45,690 nucleotides of DNA from Marinoscillum sp. (GTDB lineage: Bacteria > Bacteroidota > Bacteroidia > Cytophagales > Cyclobacteriaceae), in NCBI GenBank assembly GCA_047633875.1, contig JBLIFO010000001.1, forward strand, positions 1 to 45,690, given 5' to 3'. Positions within the stretch are counted from its first letter, which is position 1. Every line of letters starts with the position of its first letter. The notes below the pieces were generated by a model. It was not told where the DNA came from. It saw only the letters and a program-made list of their open reading frames with translations, and made no database searches. Positions 8,577 to 18,493 of the stretch are shown here, one piece after another. Made by a program: the position numbers and the translations under genes.

Positions 8577-9923
8577 ATGACCATGAATAAGAAAAAGGAC
8601 CTCACTCAGGGAAGTGTCACTAAGAACTTGATTCAGCTGACACTACCGATGATGTTGGGCGTCATCAGCATGGTAGCCTTTAACTTAATAGATACCTTTT
8701 ATGTAGGTCAGTTGGGAAAAACCGAGTTGGCGGCACTCAGTTTCACCTTTCCCGTGATCATGGTCATTTTTAGTTTTATCCAGGGGTTGGGTATAGGAGC
8801 CACGGCATTAATCGCCAAATCGATCGGTAAAGGAGACCGAGACAAGGCTGCAAGAGAAACCACAGACAGCATTGTGCTTACGCTTTTGATTACAGGCTTC
8901 TTTGTGATTATCGGATTGCTCACGCTCAAGCCTACTTTCCAGCTACTTGGTGCGGATGCCAATACGGCACCTTTAGTGGAGGAGTACATGAATATCTGGT
9001 ATTTCGCTTTATTCTTTGTGTCTGTCCCTTTTGTTGGCAATAGTGCCATACGCGCCACAGGAGATGCGCGCACTCCAGCCTTCATCATGTTGTTTGCAGT
9101 CATCATCAATGCCATACTCGATCCCATTCTTATCTTTGGCTATTTGGGAGCCCCAGCCATGGGACTCAAAGGTGCAGCCATTGCCACTGCAATATCTAGG
9201 GCTATGACTATGGTATTGGCTTTTTACATTCTTATTGTTCGTGAAAAGCTCATCACTTTTGTGGTACCTACAAGAAAGGTGCTCTCTGGATGCTGGAGAA
9301 GTATTCTTAACATAGCCGTGCCTTCTGGTCTAGCCCGCTTAGTTGTGCCAATCGCTACAGGTGTAATTACCGGTTTATTGGCGAGTTATGGAGATTTTGC
9401 AGTAGCTGCTTTCGGTGTAGGTAGTCGCTTGGAGTTTCTTGCTTCTAGCATTTTATTCGCATTGTCTGCATCTATTGGACCTTTTGTTGGGCAAAACTTT
9501 GGAAGTGGACAACTAGATAGGGTGCGTGAGGCAGTGAATATAAGTGTCCGATTTGCAGTAGTCTGGGGATTATTTGCATGGGGCGTATTAGTAATTTTTG
9601 CTCGGCCGATCGCTTCCATATTCAATGACAATCCAGAAGTCATCGATACTGTACAATGGTATCTTTGGATAGTGCCAGCAGGGTTTGGCTTGCAAGGAGT
9701 TTTGAGTATAATCAATAGCCATCTGAATACCATCGGCAAACCGCTTCAAGCATCTATGATGATATTCGTTCAGATGCTTGTGCTAGGCCTGCCAGCCATT
9801 TATCTAGGCAGGGAACTGGGCGGTATTCGAGGTATTTTTGTGGCGCTTGCATGCACTTATATTTTGGGGGGCGTTATCTCCCTTTTGGTCAATCGACAGG
9901 TTATGAAGAAGTTTAGTATTTAG
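8577..9923 (+). CDS. MATE family efflux transporter
   Basis: DLTQGSV, NLIDTFYVGQLG, RATGDARTP, NAILDPILIFG, GQNFGSG; about 12 TM segments. Confidence 0.93.
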   Translation: MTMNKKKDLTQGSVTKNLIQLTLPMMLGVISMVAFNLIDTFYVGQLGKTELAALSFTFPVIMVIFSFIQGLGIGATALIAKSIGKGDRDKAARETTDSIVLTLLITGFFVIIGLLTLKPTFQLLGADANTAPLVEEYMNIWYFALFFVSVPFVGNSAIRATGDARTPAFIMLFAVIINAILDPILIFGYLGAPAMGLKGAAIATAISRAMTMVLAFYILIVREKLITFVVPTRKVLSGCWRSILNIAVPSGLARLVVPIATGVITGLLASYGDFAVAAFGVGSRLEFLASSILFALSASIGPFVGQNFGSGQLDRVREAVNISVRFAVVWGLFAWGVLVIFARPIASIFNDNPEVIDTVQWYLWIVPAGFGLQGVLSIINSHLNTIGKPLQASMMIFVQMLVLGLPAIYLGRELGGIRGIFVALACTYILGGVISLLVNRQVMKKFSI

Positions 9924-9960
9924 GATAGGCAATTCGTTAAGTATACTAGCCTTCAAAAAA

Positions 9961-9994
9961 AATCGGGATCAATTTTTTGTAACTGATCCCGATT
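9961..9994. terminator. Hairpin between convergent MATE and GH16 genes (probable terminator)
   Basis: AATCGGGATCA...TGATCCCGATT with an A-run on the left, i.e. a U-run for the minus-strand transcript. Confidence 0.7.
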
Positions 9995-10048
9995 GATGAT
10001 GCCTTGATTTAGAGCAACTTTGATCTAATAGAAGAATTTTCTGTTGTT

Positions 10049-11425
10049 CTAGTTTGAAAAATAGATATCGTCTATCAGCAATGTAGCTGTCACGAATCCC
10101 TTGTTGGCATCTAGTGGATTCCAGATAGAAAATGGGATGGTCAACTCAGCAGTATTGAGTCCTGTAAAATCTGACAATGGTATAGAATAAGTAGTGAAGT
10201 CATTGGCTGCACTCGTTCCTGTATAATTTTTAAGAAATACAGTCGCATTCGTTGACTTGCTTTCCAATTTGATTTCTGCATCTACAAATGCCGCTGGCTT
10301 ATTGAGTGAGAAATTAAAATGTGTGAAGTTACTGATGTTCTTAGGTGCTTCTAGTTCAATATATGCGCCTCCCCATTTTCCGCCAGGGAAATCAAAAACT
10401 AAGCTCAAGTCCCCTTCAATGGCAGTCTCTGAACTTGAAATTACTGGTTCACCACCTCCACCATAAGCGATTACTTTGAGATTGCCCAAAGCTGTAAAAT
10501 CAGTTCTGATGGCATTGTCAGCAATACTTTGCTCTATGATCTGACCGATCGTTTCTTCCTCGACATTCAAAGCAGGTGCTGCAGGTGCTGTGAAGTCTAT
10601 TTTCTCATAGACACGCACATAATCAACAAACATGCTCTGTGGGAGTACGGTAGTATTATCAGGATCTCCTGGCCAGTAGCCACCTACAGCTACATTCATG
10701 ATCAAATAAAAGCCACGAAGAAACTCTTTCATGTCGTCTTCAATGGGCATTGCACCTGTTTGAATACCATCCAAGCTGAAAATCAATGATTCAGGGGACC
10801 ATTCCAGGCCAAATACATGATAAGACTCACTGAAAGTACTTGTCGATTCATAAGATGTCTGTATTTCGTCCTTGCCATTCTCACCATTTGTAAAGTGAAT
10901 TGTGGAATAAGCCTTAGCAGGTTCATGACCCAATAGTTCCACAATATCTATCTCACCACAGCCTGGCCAATCGATCAGGTCTCTATTGTTTCCTAGCATC
11001 CATATGGCAGACCAGATACCTTGGCCTTCTGCTAGCTTCGCTTTCACATCAATCTTACCAAATCGCATGTCGAGGTTTTTGGTTTTTAGTTTGGCTGATG
11101 TGTATCCACCAGATCCATCAGACAGAGCGGTGATTTTTAGAACCGATTCATCTTGGTCTGTAGCTATTGATGAGTTCTCAGTACTAATTGTATAAATCTG
11201 TTTTTCATCATTTCCCCATCCAACAGGTAGTCCAAAGTCTGTTCCATCCCCTGTTTCGTAGGTCCATAGATCAGCGTTAATCTCGGATGCATCAAATTCA
11301 TCTGACCAGACCAGTTGATAGCCTTCAGGAATGTCAATTTTATCCTCAGGTTTTGGATCAGTACTGTCACATGAAACAAGACTGCCTATGAAAATGGCTA
11401 GTAATAAAAGGGTGTTTTTTCTCAT
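10049..11425 (-). CDS. GH16 (laminarinase-like) lipoprotein with C-terminal CBM-like domain
   Basis: Lipobox LVSC, WSDEF, GWGNDEKQ, catalytic GEIDIVE, VAVGGYWPG. Confidence 0.9.
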   Translation of the reverse strand: MRKNTLLLLAIFIGSLVSCDSTDPKPEDKIDIPEGYQLVWSDEFDASEINADLWTYETGDGTDFGLPVGWGNDEKQIYTISTENSSIATDQDESVLKITALSDGSGGYTSAKLKTKNLDMRFGKIDVKAKLAEGQGIWSAIWMLGNNRDLIDWPGCGEIDIVELLGHEPAKAYSTIHFTNGENGKDEIQTSYESTSTFSESYHVFGLEWSPESLIFSLDGIQTGAMPIEDDMKEFLRGFYLIMNVAVGGYWPGDPDNTTVLPQSMFVDYVRVYEKIDFTAPAAPALNVEEETIGQIIEQSIADNAIRTDFTALGNLKVIAYGGGGEPVISSSETAIEGDLSLVFDFPGGKWGGAYIELEAPKNISNFTHFNFSLNKPAAFVDAEIKLESKSTNATVFLKNYTGTSAANDFTTYSIPLSDFTGLNTAELTIPFSIWNPLDANKGFVTATLLIDDIYFSN

Positions 11426-11488
11426 TATTAATATTATTTGATATTAAGGTCAATGATATTAACCATAGTCAGTAAATAAAAATTTAGG

Positions 11489-11509
11489 ACTACATCATTA
11501 CTACATCAT
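11489..11509. promoter_or_regulatory. Tandem 10-bp direct repeat upstream of GH16 (candidate operator)
   Basis: ACTACATCAT-T-ACTACATCAT, 11-bp period. Confidence 0.45.
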
Positions 11510-11642
11510 GGTGGTTGGTAGATGCTTTTAATTCTGAAGTTTCACAATTCAAGTAATGCTAGACTTTTCATTGTATAGGAGAAAAACAATAAATTACTAT
11601 TCCTATCCGACCTATACAAAGTCCATTTCAATTCCTTAGACC

Positions 11643-13064
11643 TCACTGAAGATACGCTGCTACTGCAGTAGCTCTTTGGCTGGCATGAGATTTCAACGTG
11701 CTCACCGCGGTTTCGAAATCCGAACTGCTCCGCAGGAAAGTATAGCCTTCGAGCTCGGTAGTCGCATATGGGCTGATGAGCGTAGCATAAGTGCTATATG
11801 TAGCTTGAATATCGGAAGTATTGAATGAGCTATTGATGGTTTCTTCCACATAGGTGTCATAAATCCCTTTGTAAGTTTTGTCGGCATAGAGGAAACTGAT
11901 TAGCGGCCATTGGGAGCTGGAGAGGCCTGAGAAGTTTAGCGGGAGGGAACCACCCATTTTACCATTTTGTAACGCTTCATTATTGTCCCAGGGTATCCAA
12001 GTGAGGAGGCCATTGTCGGGATTGTTGTAGAGATAGTAATTATGCGTCATTTTACCGTAGGTATCCCAGTTTTGTATGACGGTATTGACAGCCAAATACT
12101 TGAGAAAGGTATCTGTATCCAAAACGGCATCAAGTTTTGACCGCCAAGCAGCAGGGTTGGAGGTACGTGTAGCATCGTGTAACGCGGCGAACAATCCTTC
12201 TATATCGGACCAGTCAGCTGCGTCTTCATTGTTTTCTTTACCAAAATCAGCTTTGTTAAATGATCCTGCCGTGAAGCTGGCGGCATCACCATCGGGTTCG
12301 TAGAGGTTTCCGTCATTGTCGGCAAATTGAGTATCTATCACCGTATCGCTGATTTCTTCCACCACCGTATAGAGTCCGAAGTAAATAGGGCCATCGCCAT
12401 GACCCACATAAACGGTATAGAAAGCTGTGCGTGGACTTGCTAGTCCGGCACTACGAAAAATATCCGAACTGACTTTCTCACGCATCTGCGAGAGATCGTC
12501 ATAGTTGTTTTTCAAACTGAGCTTTTTAAAACCGTAAAATCGCTGGTTTTTTATTTCTGGGTAGTCTTCTTCAAACTCATCGAAATCTAACTTGAAGGAC
12601 AGTTTCATATTGCCGCTTTTCCAAGTACTCGCAAGGCTCGAGTTGCCTTTGAATCTTACTCCTACTCGGTACCATTCTTTGCCCTCAAAGAGGATTTCAG
12701 CAGGTACGAAAATTGGGTTTTCATCAGAAAATCCACCACCACCTGGCCCGCCTGTATTCACACCAAAACTGCCATAGAGCTCCGTCATGTCGTCTAGCAT
12801 GGCTTGCCATCGATCTGCCGTGATGACCAGATCAATTCGCTTCACTTCATTGTCTGCAAAAACCACCGCAAAATTCGGTTCTGCGTCATTGCTATGGGTT
12901 TCGGTGGTCCAATCTGGTGTTTCGAAATCAGTATCATACGTGACATCCACAGTTACATCCTCCATTGCATCCTTCTCCTTGCATGATCCCATAAGGATCG
13001 AAAGTGACAAAGCAAGCAAGGTTAACTTGATAGAATTTAAGGTGATTGTCTTTATAGCTGTCAT
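11643..13064 (-). CDS. CotH kinase family lipoprotein
   Basis: Lipobox MGSC, VGVRFKGNSS, SFKLDFD, NWDTY..HNYYLY, WIPWD. Confidence 0.88.
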   Translation of the reverse strand: MTAIKTITLNSIKLTLLALSLSILMGSCKEKDAMEDVTVDVTYDTDFETPDWTTETHSNDAEPNFAVVFADNEVKRIDLVITADRWQAMLDDMTELYGSFGVNTGGPGGGGFSDENPIFVPAEILFEGKEWYRVGVRFKGNSSLASTWKSGNMKLSFKLDFDEFEEDYPEIKNQRFYGFKKLSLKNNYDDLSQMREKVSSDIFRSAGLASPRTAFYTVYVGHGDGPIYFGLYTVVEEISDTVIDTQFADNDGNLYEPDGDAASFTAGSFNKADFGKENNEDAADWSDIEGLFAALHDATRTSNPAAWRSKLDAVLDTDTFLKYLAVNTVIQNWDTYGKMTHNYYLYNNPDNGLLTWIPWDNNEALQNGKMGGSLPLNFSGLSSSQWPLISFLYADKTYKGIYDTYVEETINSSFNTSDIQATYSTYATLISPYATTELEGYTFLRSSSDFETAVSTLKSHASQRATAVAAYLQ

Positions 13065-13152
13065 TTTTTAGTCTTTTCTGAGATTACAGGTATTAAACGA
13101 CAAGAAGCTAAAAAACCAGCATCTAAAAGTTGAGATGGTTCAACTTAAGTGA

Positions 13153-13632
13153 TTATTTTGGTGCCTCGGGCAAAGGACTGCTGTTCCAGATATTGATGTG
13201 TAGTTTCCATTCGCCAGCTTCCTTTTTCCAAATATTGACATACTTCCCAATGTCTTCTATGCTGTCACCAAAGAGCAGATAAGAGGTGCCTTCGTCAATA
13301 TAGAAGTCGTCAAAGCCATAGTAGGAGTTACTTACTTCATCAAATACTTGGATATCATAGTCGACCCATGCTTGATTGAGTGTAGAGATGGATTCACGAC
13401 CGGCAACAGCGTCCATGTCTGGGGGTAAGATTTTGGCATCACTTGTAAAGATATTGTTAAGGAAAGCTGTATCGCGGGTGATATGTGCCTTGGTAAATTG
13501 CTTGGTTTTATAATCAATGATTTTTTTCACTTCTGACAGATCGAAAGTCTTACCTAATTTTTGTTGGTCGGTCTTTGGGCCACAGCTCATGAAAAAGATG
13601 CAGGTGATGGTGATAAAGAAAGGGAGCTTCAT
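13153..13632 (-). CDS. DUF4440/SnoaL-like (NTF2 fold) lipoprotein
   Basis: Lipobox FMSC, GKYVNIWKKEAGEWKLHINIWNS; ATG 13632 preferred. Confidence 0.8.
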   Translation of the reverse strand: MKLPFFITITCIFFMSCGPKTDQQKLGKTFDLSEVKKIIDYKTKQFTKAHITRDTAFLNNIFTSDAKILPPDMDAVAGRESISTLNQAWVDYDIQVFDEVSNSYYGFDDFYIDEGTSYLLFGDSIEDIGKYVNIWKKEAGEWKLHINIWNSSPLPEAPK

Positions 13633-13687
13633 TTCGTTTTTCTCAAAATCTATTAGGAAGGAAAGCGTCATAGCATGATGTCATCTA

Positions 13688-16600
13688 TTAAGTATATTTC
13701 TCACTATAATCCTCTTTGGAAATATACATTGCTATTTTGGAGAGAAGTACTTCTTCATCTATGGGTTTTGAAACATAGTCATTGAAAATGTCGGGGCTGT
13801 ATTTATCATGTGACAAAATATCATATCCAGTTTGCGCGATGATCGGCATATTGGGATTTATTGCTTTAATCGCGATAGCTGAATCAAAACCATCCATCAC
13901 AGGCATATTGATGTCCATTAAGACAAGCGCTATGGATGGATTTTTTTTATAAAGTTCTATTGCCTCTTCGCCATTTAGTGCATGGAGGATGTCGCATTTA
14001 AAGCTTCTTTGAATGAGTACTTTGAGATAATGAAAATTGATAGCCTGATCTTCGGCTATTAAAATGGTGTTGCTTTTTACCGCAGTTCCTGTTACCCCTG
14101 ATTGAGAATTTGTAGGTTTGATCTGATAATGGGGGAGGGATACATAGAACTTGGAACCTCTACCCACCTCTGATTCGAACCAAATTTTGCCGCCAAGTAT
14201 CTCTACGAGTCCCTTTGAGATGGAAAGTCCCAAGCCTGTACCGCCATACTTCCTGCTTACACTTGTGTCAGCTTGCTGGAAACTCCCAAATATTTGCTTA
14301 TGGTGGTTAGTTGCCACTCCTATACCAGTATCTTCTACGAAAAAGAGTAATTCTCCCTCGTTCGCCTCACAGCCAAATTTCACAAAGCCTTGATGTGTAA
14401 ACTTCAATGCGTTGGTGAGGAGGTTGGTTATGATCCTTGTCAACTTGGATTTATCTGTGGCCATCACAGATTGTTCACTTGAAAGCGAAGTTGAAAATGA
14501 TAGCTCTAAATTTCTTGTTTTGGCTTGTGAGGCAAATTGCTTTTGCAATTCAGAAAGTAAATCATTGATGTTTACGTCTGATTTGTTGACATGCTCTTGC
14601 TTTGTCTCTAGCAAAGAAAATGAGGTGATATCGTCGATTATAGAGAGCAGTTGATTGGAACTATTGACGACAATGCCAGAGTATTCCGCACGATCCTCTT
14701 TGGTGGTATCAGGCGCTATCATTTGCCTTGAGAAGCCCATGATCACGTTCAAAGGATTGCGTATTTCATGACGCATATTTGCCAAGAAAGCACTTTTCAA
14801 TCGATCATTTTCTTCTGCTTTTTCTTTCGCTTTTAATAATTCAATCTCCTTTTCTACTCTTTCAGTTATATCATAATTAACACCTATCATTTTGATTCGT
14901 TTGCCATTGGCATCACTTACAAAATTTGCTAAGGCTTTGATGTGACGTATGGATTTGTCTTGCCAAATAATTCGAAATTCGGTATCAAAATTTTCACCAG
15001 TGGCGATCGCATTTTCTAATTCCTGTTGGCTTCTTTCAAGATCATCAGGGTGCAATGATGAAGTCCAAGCGTCATAAACTCCAGAAAATGTATCTCTGGT
15101 AATACCATAAAGGTCAAACATTTTATCATCACAAATCAACCGCTGATCATGCATATAATACTCCCAAATCCCGATTCTGACAGCATCTTTGGCGATACTT
15201 AGGATGGTGTTAGATGCTTCCAATTCAATTTGTCGCTCTACACGATCCGTTAGATCATAATTAACGCCAATTAGTTTGACAACCTTTCCCGTATGGTCAG
15301 TCACACATTGCCCAAAGGCTCCAATGTAATGGATGGATTTATCAGGCCAGATCGCCCTAAACTCTATATTTAGAATACTATCGTTGGCAATTGCTTCATT
15401 CATCATCTCCTCTGCATACTGAAGATCTTCAGGATGCACAGTGGATTTCCAACCCTTGTAATTCCCTGAGAAGGTCTCCTTTGTGAGGCCAAATAGGGCA
15501 CAGTTCTGATCATCCCAAAATAAGAGATCTTCCTCAATACTGAACTCCCATATTCCGATACTTGCTGACTCTGTAGCTAGACTCAAGCGAGTGGTATAAG
15601 TTTCTATTTCGAGCTGTGCTTTCCTTTGTTCGGTAATGTCCTGAAAGATGCCTGTTAGTTTTATTGGTTTGCCATTCTGTATGGTCACTGCACAGGTGGT
15701 GCGCACATGTATTCTGCTTCCTTTGGTAGTATAGGTTTCTAGATAGAGATCATATCCTTCGCCTGTGGTCATTGCTTTTTCTAAAGCCTCACTGATTGTT
15801 TTTCTGGATTCAGGGAGGAAGTAATCTACGCCTGCATCTACAGTGGGATCAAATTCTTCTGGAGAGGTTTCGTGTATTCTGTAAGTCTCAGCGGTCCAGT
15901 AAAGCTTGCCAGTGATGATGTTTAGTTCCCAACCACCTAGCTTTGCTACTTTTTGGGATTCTTCTAATAGCAGATAATCTCTTTTGTACTTCTCTTCACT
16001 TTCTCTCAGAGACTTCTCTACCAATTTTTCTTTAGAGATATCTTGAATGATCCCCGATAGTTTCGCTGGTTTTCCATCTAGCAAAGTGACTTTACATGTG
16101 GTGCGTACATGTATTTTTCTACCCTTGGTGGTGTACTTTTCCAAGGTTAAATCATAGCCTCTTCCTATGGTCTTTGCTGCTTCTAAAGCTTCGTCAATTA
16201 TTTTTTTAGATTCTGGTAAGAATAAGCTAATACCTTCATCTATATGGAGGTTATACTCTTCCGGGGAGGTTTCGTGTATTCTATAAGTCTCTGCGGTCCA
16301 GTAGAGTTTATCTGTGATTAGGTCCAGTTCCCAGCCTCCTAGCTTAGCTACTGATTGGGATTCTTCTAATAGTAGATTTTGTCTTTTGTATTTTTCCTTA
16401 CTCTCACGCAAGGCTTTTTCGGCCAATTTCTGTTGGGTGATGTCCATCGCTACAGCAATTAATCGAGTAGGCTTTCCACTCCCGTCAAGATATACCTTGC
16501 CGCTTGTTTGTAAATAATGCACCGAGTTATCTTCCCATACTACCCTAAACTCTGCATTCATCGCATCCGCATTCTGAATGGCCTGTTTTTGTGTTTTAAT

Positions 16601-18172
16601 TATTGTATTCCTATCATCGGGATGAATGAGACTATGCCAAGCATTAGCGTCATCCTTTACATTTAAGCTACTTTGGTCTGCTATCCCAAACAAATCATAC
16701 AGCGTGTCATCCCAAAATGCCGTATTGTTCTCTATATCCCTGTCGCTAATTCCAATTTTTCCTGCTTTAGCCGCTAAAAGGAAACGGGTGTTAGAAATGG
16801 CCAATGCTTCTTCGCTTTCACGAAGTGTTTGTTCATATAAATTTTGTTCGGTTACTTCTATTATTGTACCGATCAATCGAGTAGGCTTACCACTGCTATC
16901 TCGATGGATAATGGCATTGGCCTGTAAATGATGAATAGATTGATCCTCCCAAATCACTCTATACACCATCTCGAAAGTTTCTTCTTGACTGAGCGCATTT
17001 TTAAATGTAGCGAGGGTGTCTTTTAAATCATCTGGATGAATAGCTGAGCGCCAAACTCTGGTTTCGTTAATATCAATGCTGGTGTCTTTGATGCCATACA
17101 AAACATAGAGGGTGTCATCCCAATAGGAGTAATCGTTGACCAAGTCTCTGTCCCAAATCCCAATATTGGAGGCTTTGGCAGCCAATTGGAAACGGGTATT
17201 TGAAATGGCCAATTCCTCTTCTCTCTGTCGCAGCGCTATCACTGCTTCTTTCTGCTCAGTTACATCTATCACCGTCCCAATCAATCGAATGGGTTTGCCA
17301 CTGCTATCTCTATGCACAATGGCATTGGCTTGTAAGTGATGAATAGACCCATCTTCCCATATCACTCTATACGACAAATTGAATTTATCACTTCCAGCTA
17401 GCGCTGTTTTAAATGCATCATCGACATCATTTAAATCATCTGGAAGTATGTTTTTACGCCAGATATTGCCATCATTTATATCAACGTTCTTATCAGCTAT
17501 ACCAAATAAATCATAGAGGACGTCATCCCAGATAGAATGATCATTTACTAAGTCTCTGTCCCAAATTCCCACCTTTGCTGCATTGGCAGCTAATTCAAAG
17601 CGGGTATTAGACTCTTCTAATTCCTCTTCTCTCTTTTTAAGCAAGGCATTAGCCTTAGTCAAAGCTTCATTTGTTGCTATTAACTCCTCGTTTAATTTTT
17701 GGTATTCCTTTTTAGCTTCTAGTTCTGCTTTTTGTGTTTCGAATAGTCTAATATTTTGCGCGACTAACTCGGCCTGCACGCTTTTATTATCAGTGATATC
17801 AGTACGAATGGCTATGAAATTATTAATGTCACCCTTAGCATCTTTGAGCGGGGCGATCGTGGTGGATACCCAATAGAAATTGCCGTCTTTTGCTTTGTTT
17901 TTAATGTCACCCTTCCAAACCTTTCCAGCATGGATTGTTTCATACATGCGATGAAAAAATTCTTTAGTGTGATGACCTGAGTTTACGATCCGGTGATCTT
18001 GCCCTATAATCTCTTCGCGAGTGTATTTTGATAGCTCACAGAAATTGTCATTCACATAGGTAATACGTCCCTCTTTATCTGTGATAACAACAATAGAGTG
18101 CTGATTGATTGCATACTTATAGTCTAGTAGTTCATCTACAGCGTTATTATTGTCTTCGTTCTCATTACCCAT
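13688..18172 (-). CDS. Cytoplasmic multi-PAS hybrid histidine kinase (about 8 PAS/PAC, HisKA, HATPase, REC)
   Basis: Repeated GIWD/GGWE...HPDD...DIT motifs, FLANMRHEIRNPLN, GGTGLGLSI, LMDINMP. Confidence 0.93.
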   Translation of the reverse strand: MGNENEDNNNAVDELLDYKYAINQHSIVVITDKEGRITYVNDNFCELSKYTREEIIGQDHRIVNSGHHTKEFFHRMYETIHAGKVWKGDIKNKAKDGNFYWVSTTIAPLKDAKGDINNFIAIRTDITDNKSVQAELVAQNIRLFETQKAELEAKKEYQKLNEELIATNEALTKANALLKKREEELEESNTRFELAANAAKVGIWDRDLVNDHSIWDDVLYDLFGIADKNVDINDGNIWRKNILPDDLNDVDDAFKTALAGSDKFNLSYRVIWEDGSIHHLQANAIVHRDSSGKPIRLIGTVIDVTEQKEAVIALRQREEELAISNTRFQLAAKASNIGIWDRDLVNDYSYWDDTLYVLYGIKDTSIDINETRVWRSAIHPDDLKDTLATFKNALSQEETFEMVYRVIWEDQSIHHLQANAIIHRDSSGKPTRLIGTIIEVTEQNLYEQTLRESEEALAISNTRFLLAAKAGKIGISDRDIENNTAFWDDTLYDLFGIADQSSLNVKDDANAWHSLIHPDDRNTIIKTQKQAIQNADAMNAEFRVVWEDNSVHYLQTSGKVYLDGSGKPTRLIAVAMDITQQKLAEKALRESKEKYKRQNLLLEESQSVAKLGGWELDLITDKLYWTAETYRIHETSPEEYNLHIDEGISLFLPESKKIIDEALEAAKTIGRGYDLTLEKYTTKGRKIHVRTTCKVTLLDGKPAKLSGIIQDISKEKLVEKSLRESEEKYKRDYLLLEESQKVAKLGGWELNIITGKLYWTAETYRIHETSPEEFDPTVDAGVDYFLPESRKTISEALEKAMTTGEGYDLYLETYTTKGSRIHVRTTCAVTIQNGKPIKLTGIFQDITEQRKAQLEIETYTTRLSLATESASIGIWEFSIEEDLLFWDDQNCALFGLTKETFSGNYKGWKSTVHPEDLQYAEEMMNEAIANDSILNIEFRAIWPDKSIHYIGAFGQCVTDHTGKVVKLIGVNYDLTDRVERQIELEASNTILSIAKDAVRIGIWEYYMHDQRLICDDKMFDLYGITRDTFSGVYDAWTSSLHPDDLERSQQELENAIATGENFDTEFRIIWQDKSIRHIKALANFVSDANGKRIKMIGVNYDITERVEKEIELLKAKEKAEENDRLKSAFLANMRHEIRNPLNVIMGFSRQMIAPDTTKEDRAEYSGIVVNSSNQLLSIIDDITSFSLLETKQEHVNKSDVNINDLLSELQKQFASQAKTRNLELSFSTSLSSEQSVMATDKSKLTRIITNLLTNALKFTHQGFVKFGCEANEGELLFFVEDTGIGVATNHHKQIFGSFQQADTSVSRKYGGTGLGLSISKGLVEILGGKIWFESEVGRGSKFYVSLPHYQIKPTNSQSGVTGTAVKSNTILIAEDQAINFHYLKVLIQRSFKCDILHALNGEEAIELYKKNPSIALVLMDINMPVMDGFDSAIAIKAINPNMPIIAQTGYDILSHDKYSPDIFNDYVSKPIDEEVLLSKIAMYISKEDYSEKYT

Positions 18173-18493
18173 AGCTCATCATTTCACCGTTTGGCAAGCT
18201 CAATTTATCTATTTACGATTTATATTCAAAGACTATCGAGTGCAGAGGTTCATGACTATTATTAAATTCTATAAATGCAGATATGATTTTCATCAATTTG
18301 ATTTTTAATAAACTATAAAGCATAGATCTTTTTTTTGTGACTCATTTAAATTACTCTCATCAGTAGTCAGGCTCATGATCTGCTTTTATGGAACTTCCAT
18401 CGCTTCAAATAAAACAGAGATATTTGGAAGCGTAAAACAAGGTAAGCACTTATCTATGAATCTAATGTGAATGAAATTATTCATTTTTGATAG

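Noticed and set aside
17800-18120. LOV photosensor domain in the PAS kinase
   Set aside because: It has GQDHRIVN, not the GxNCRFLQ cysteine motif.
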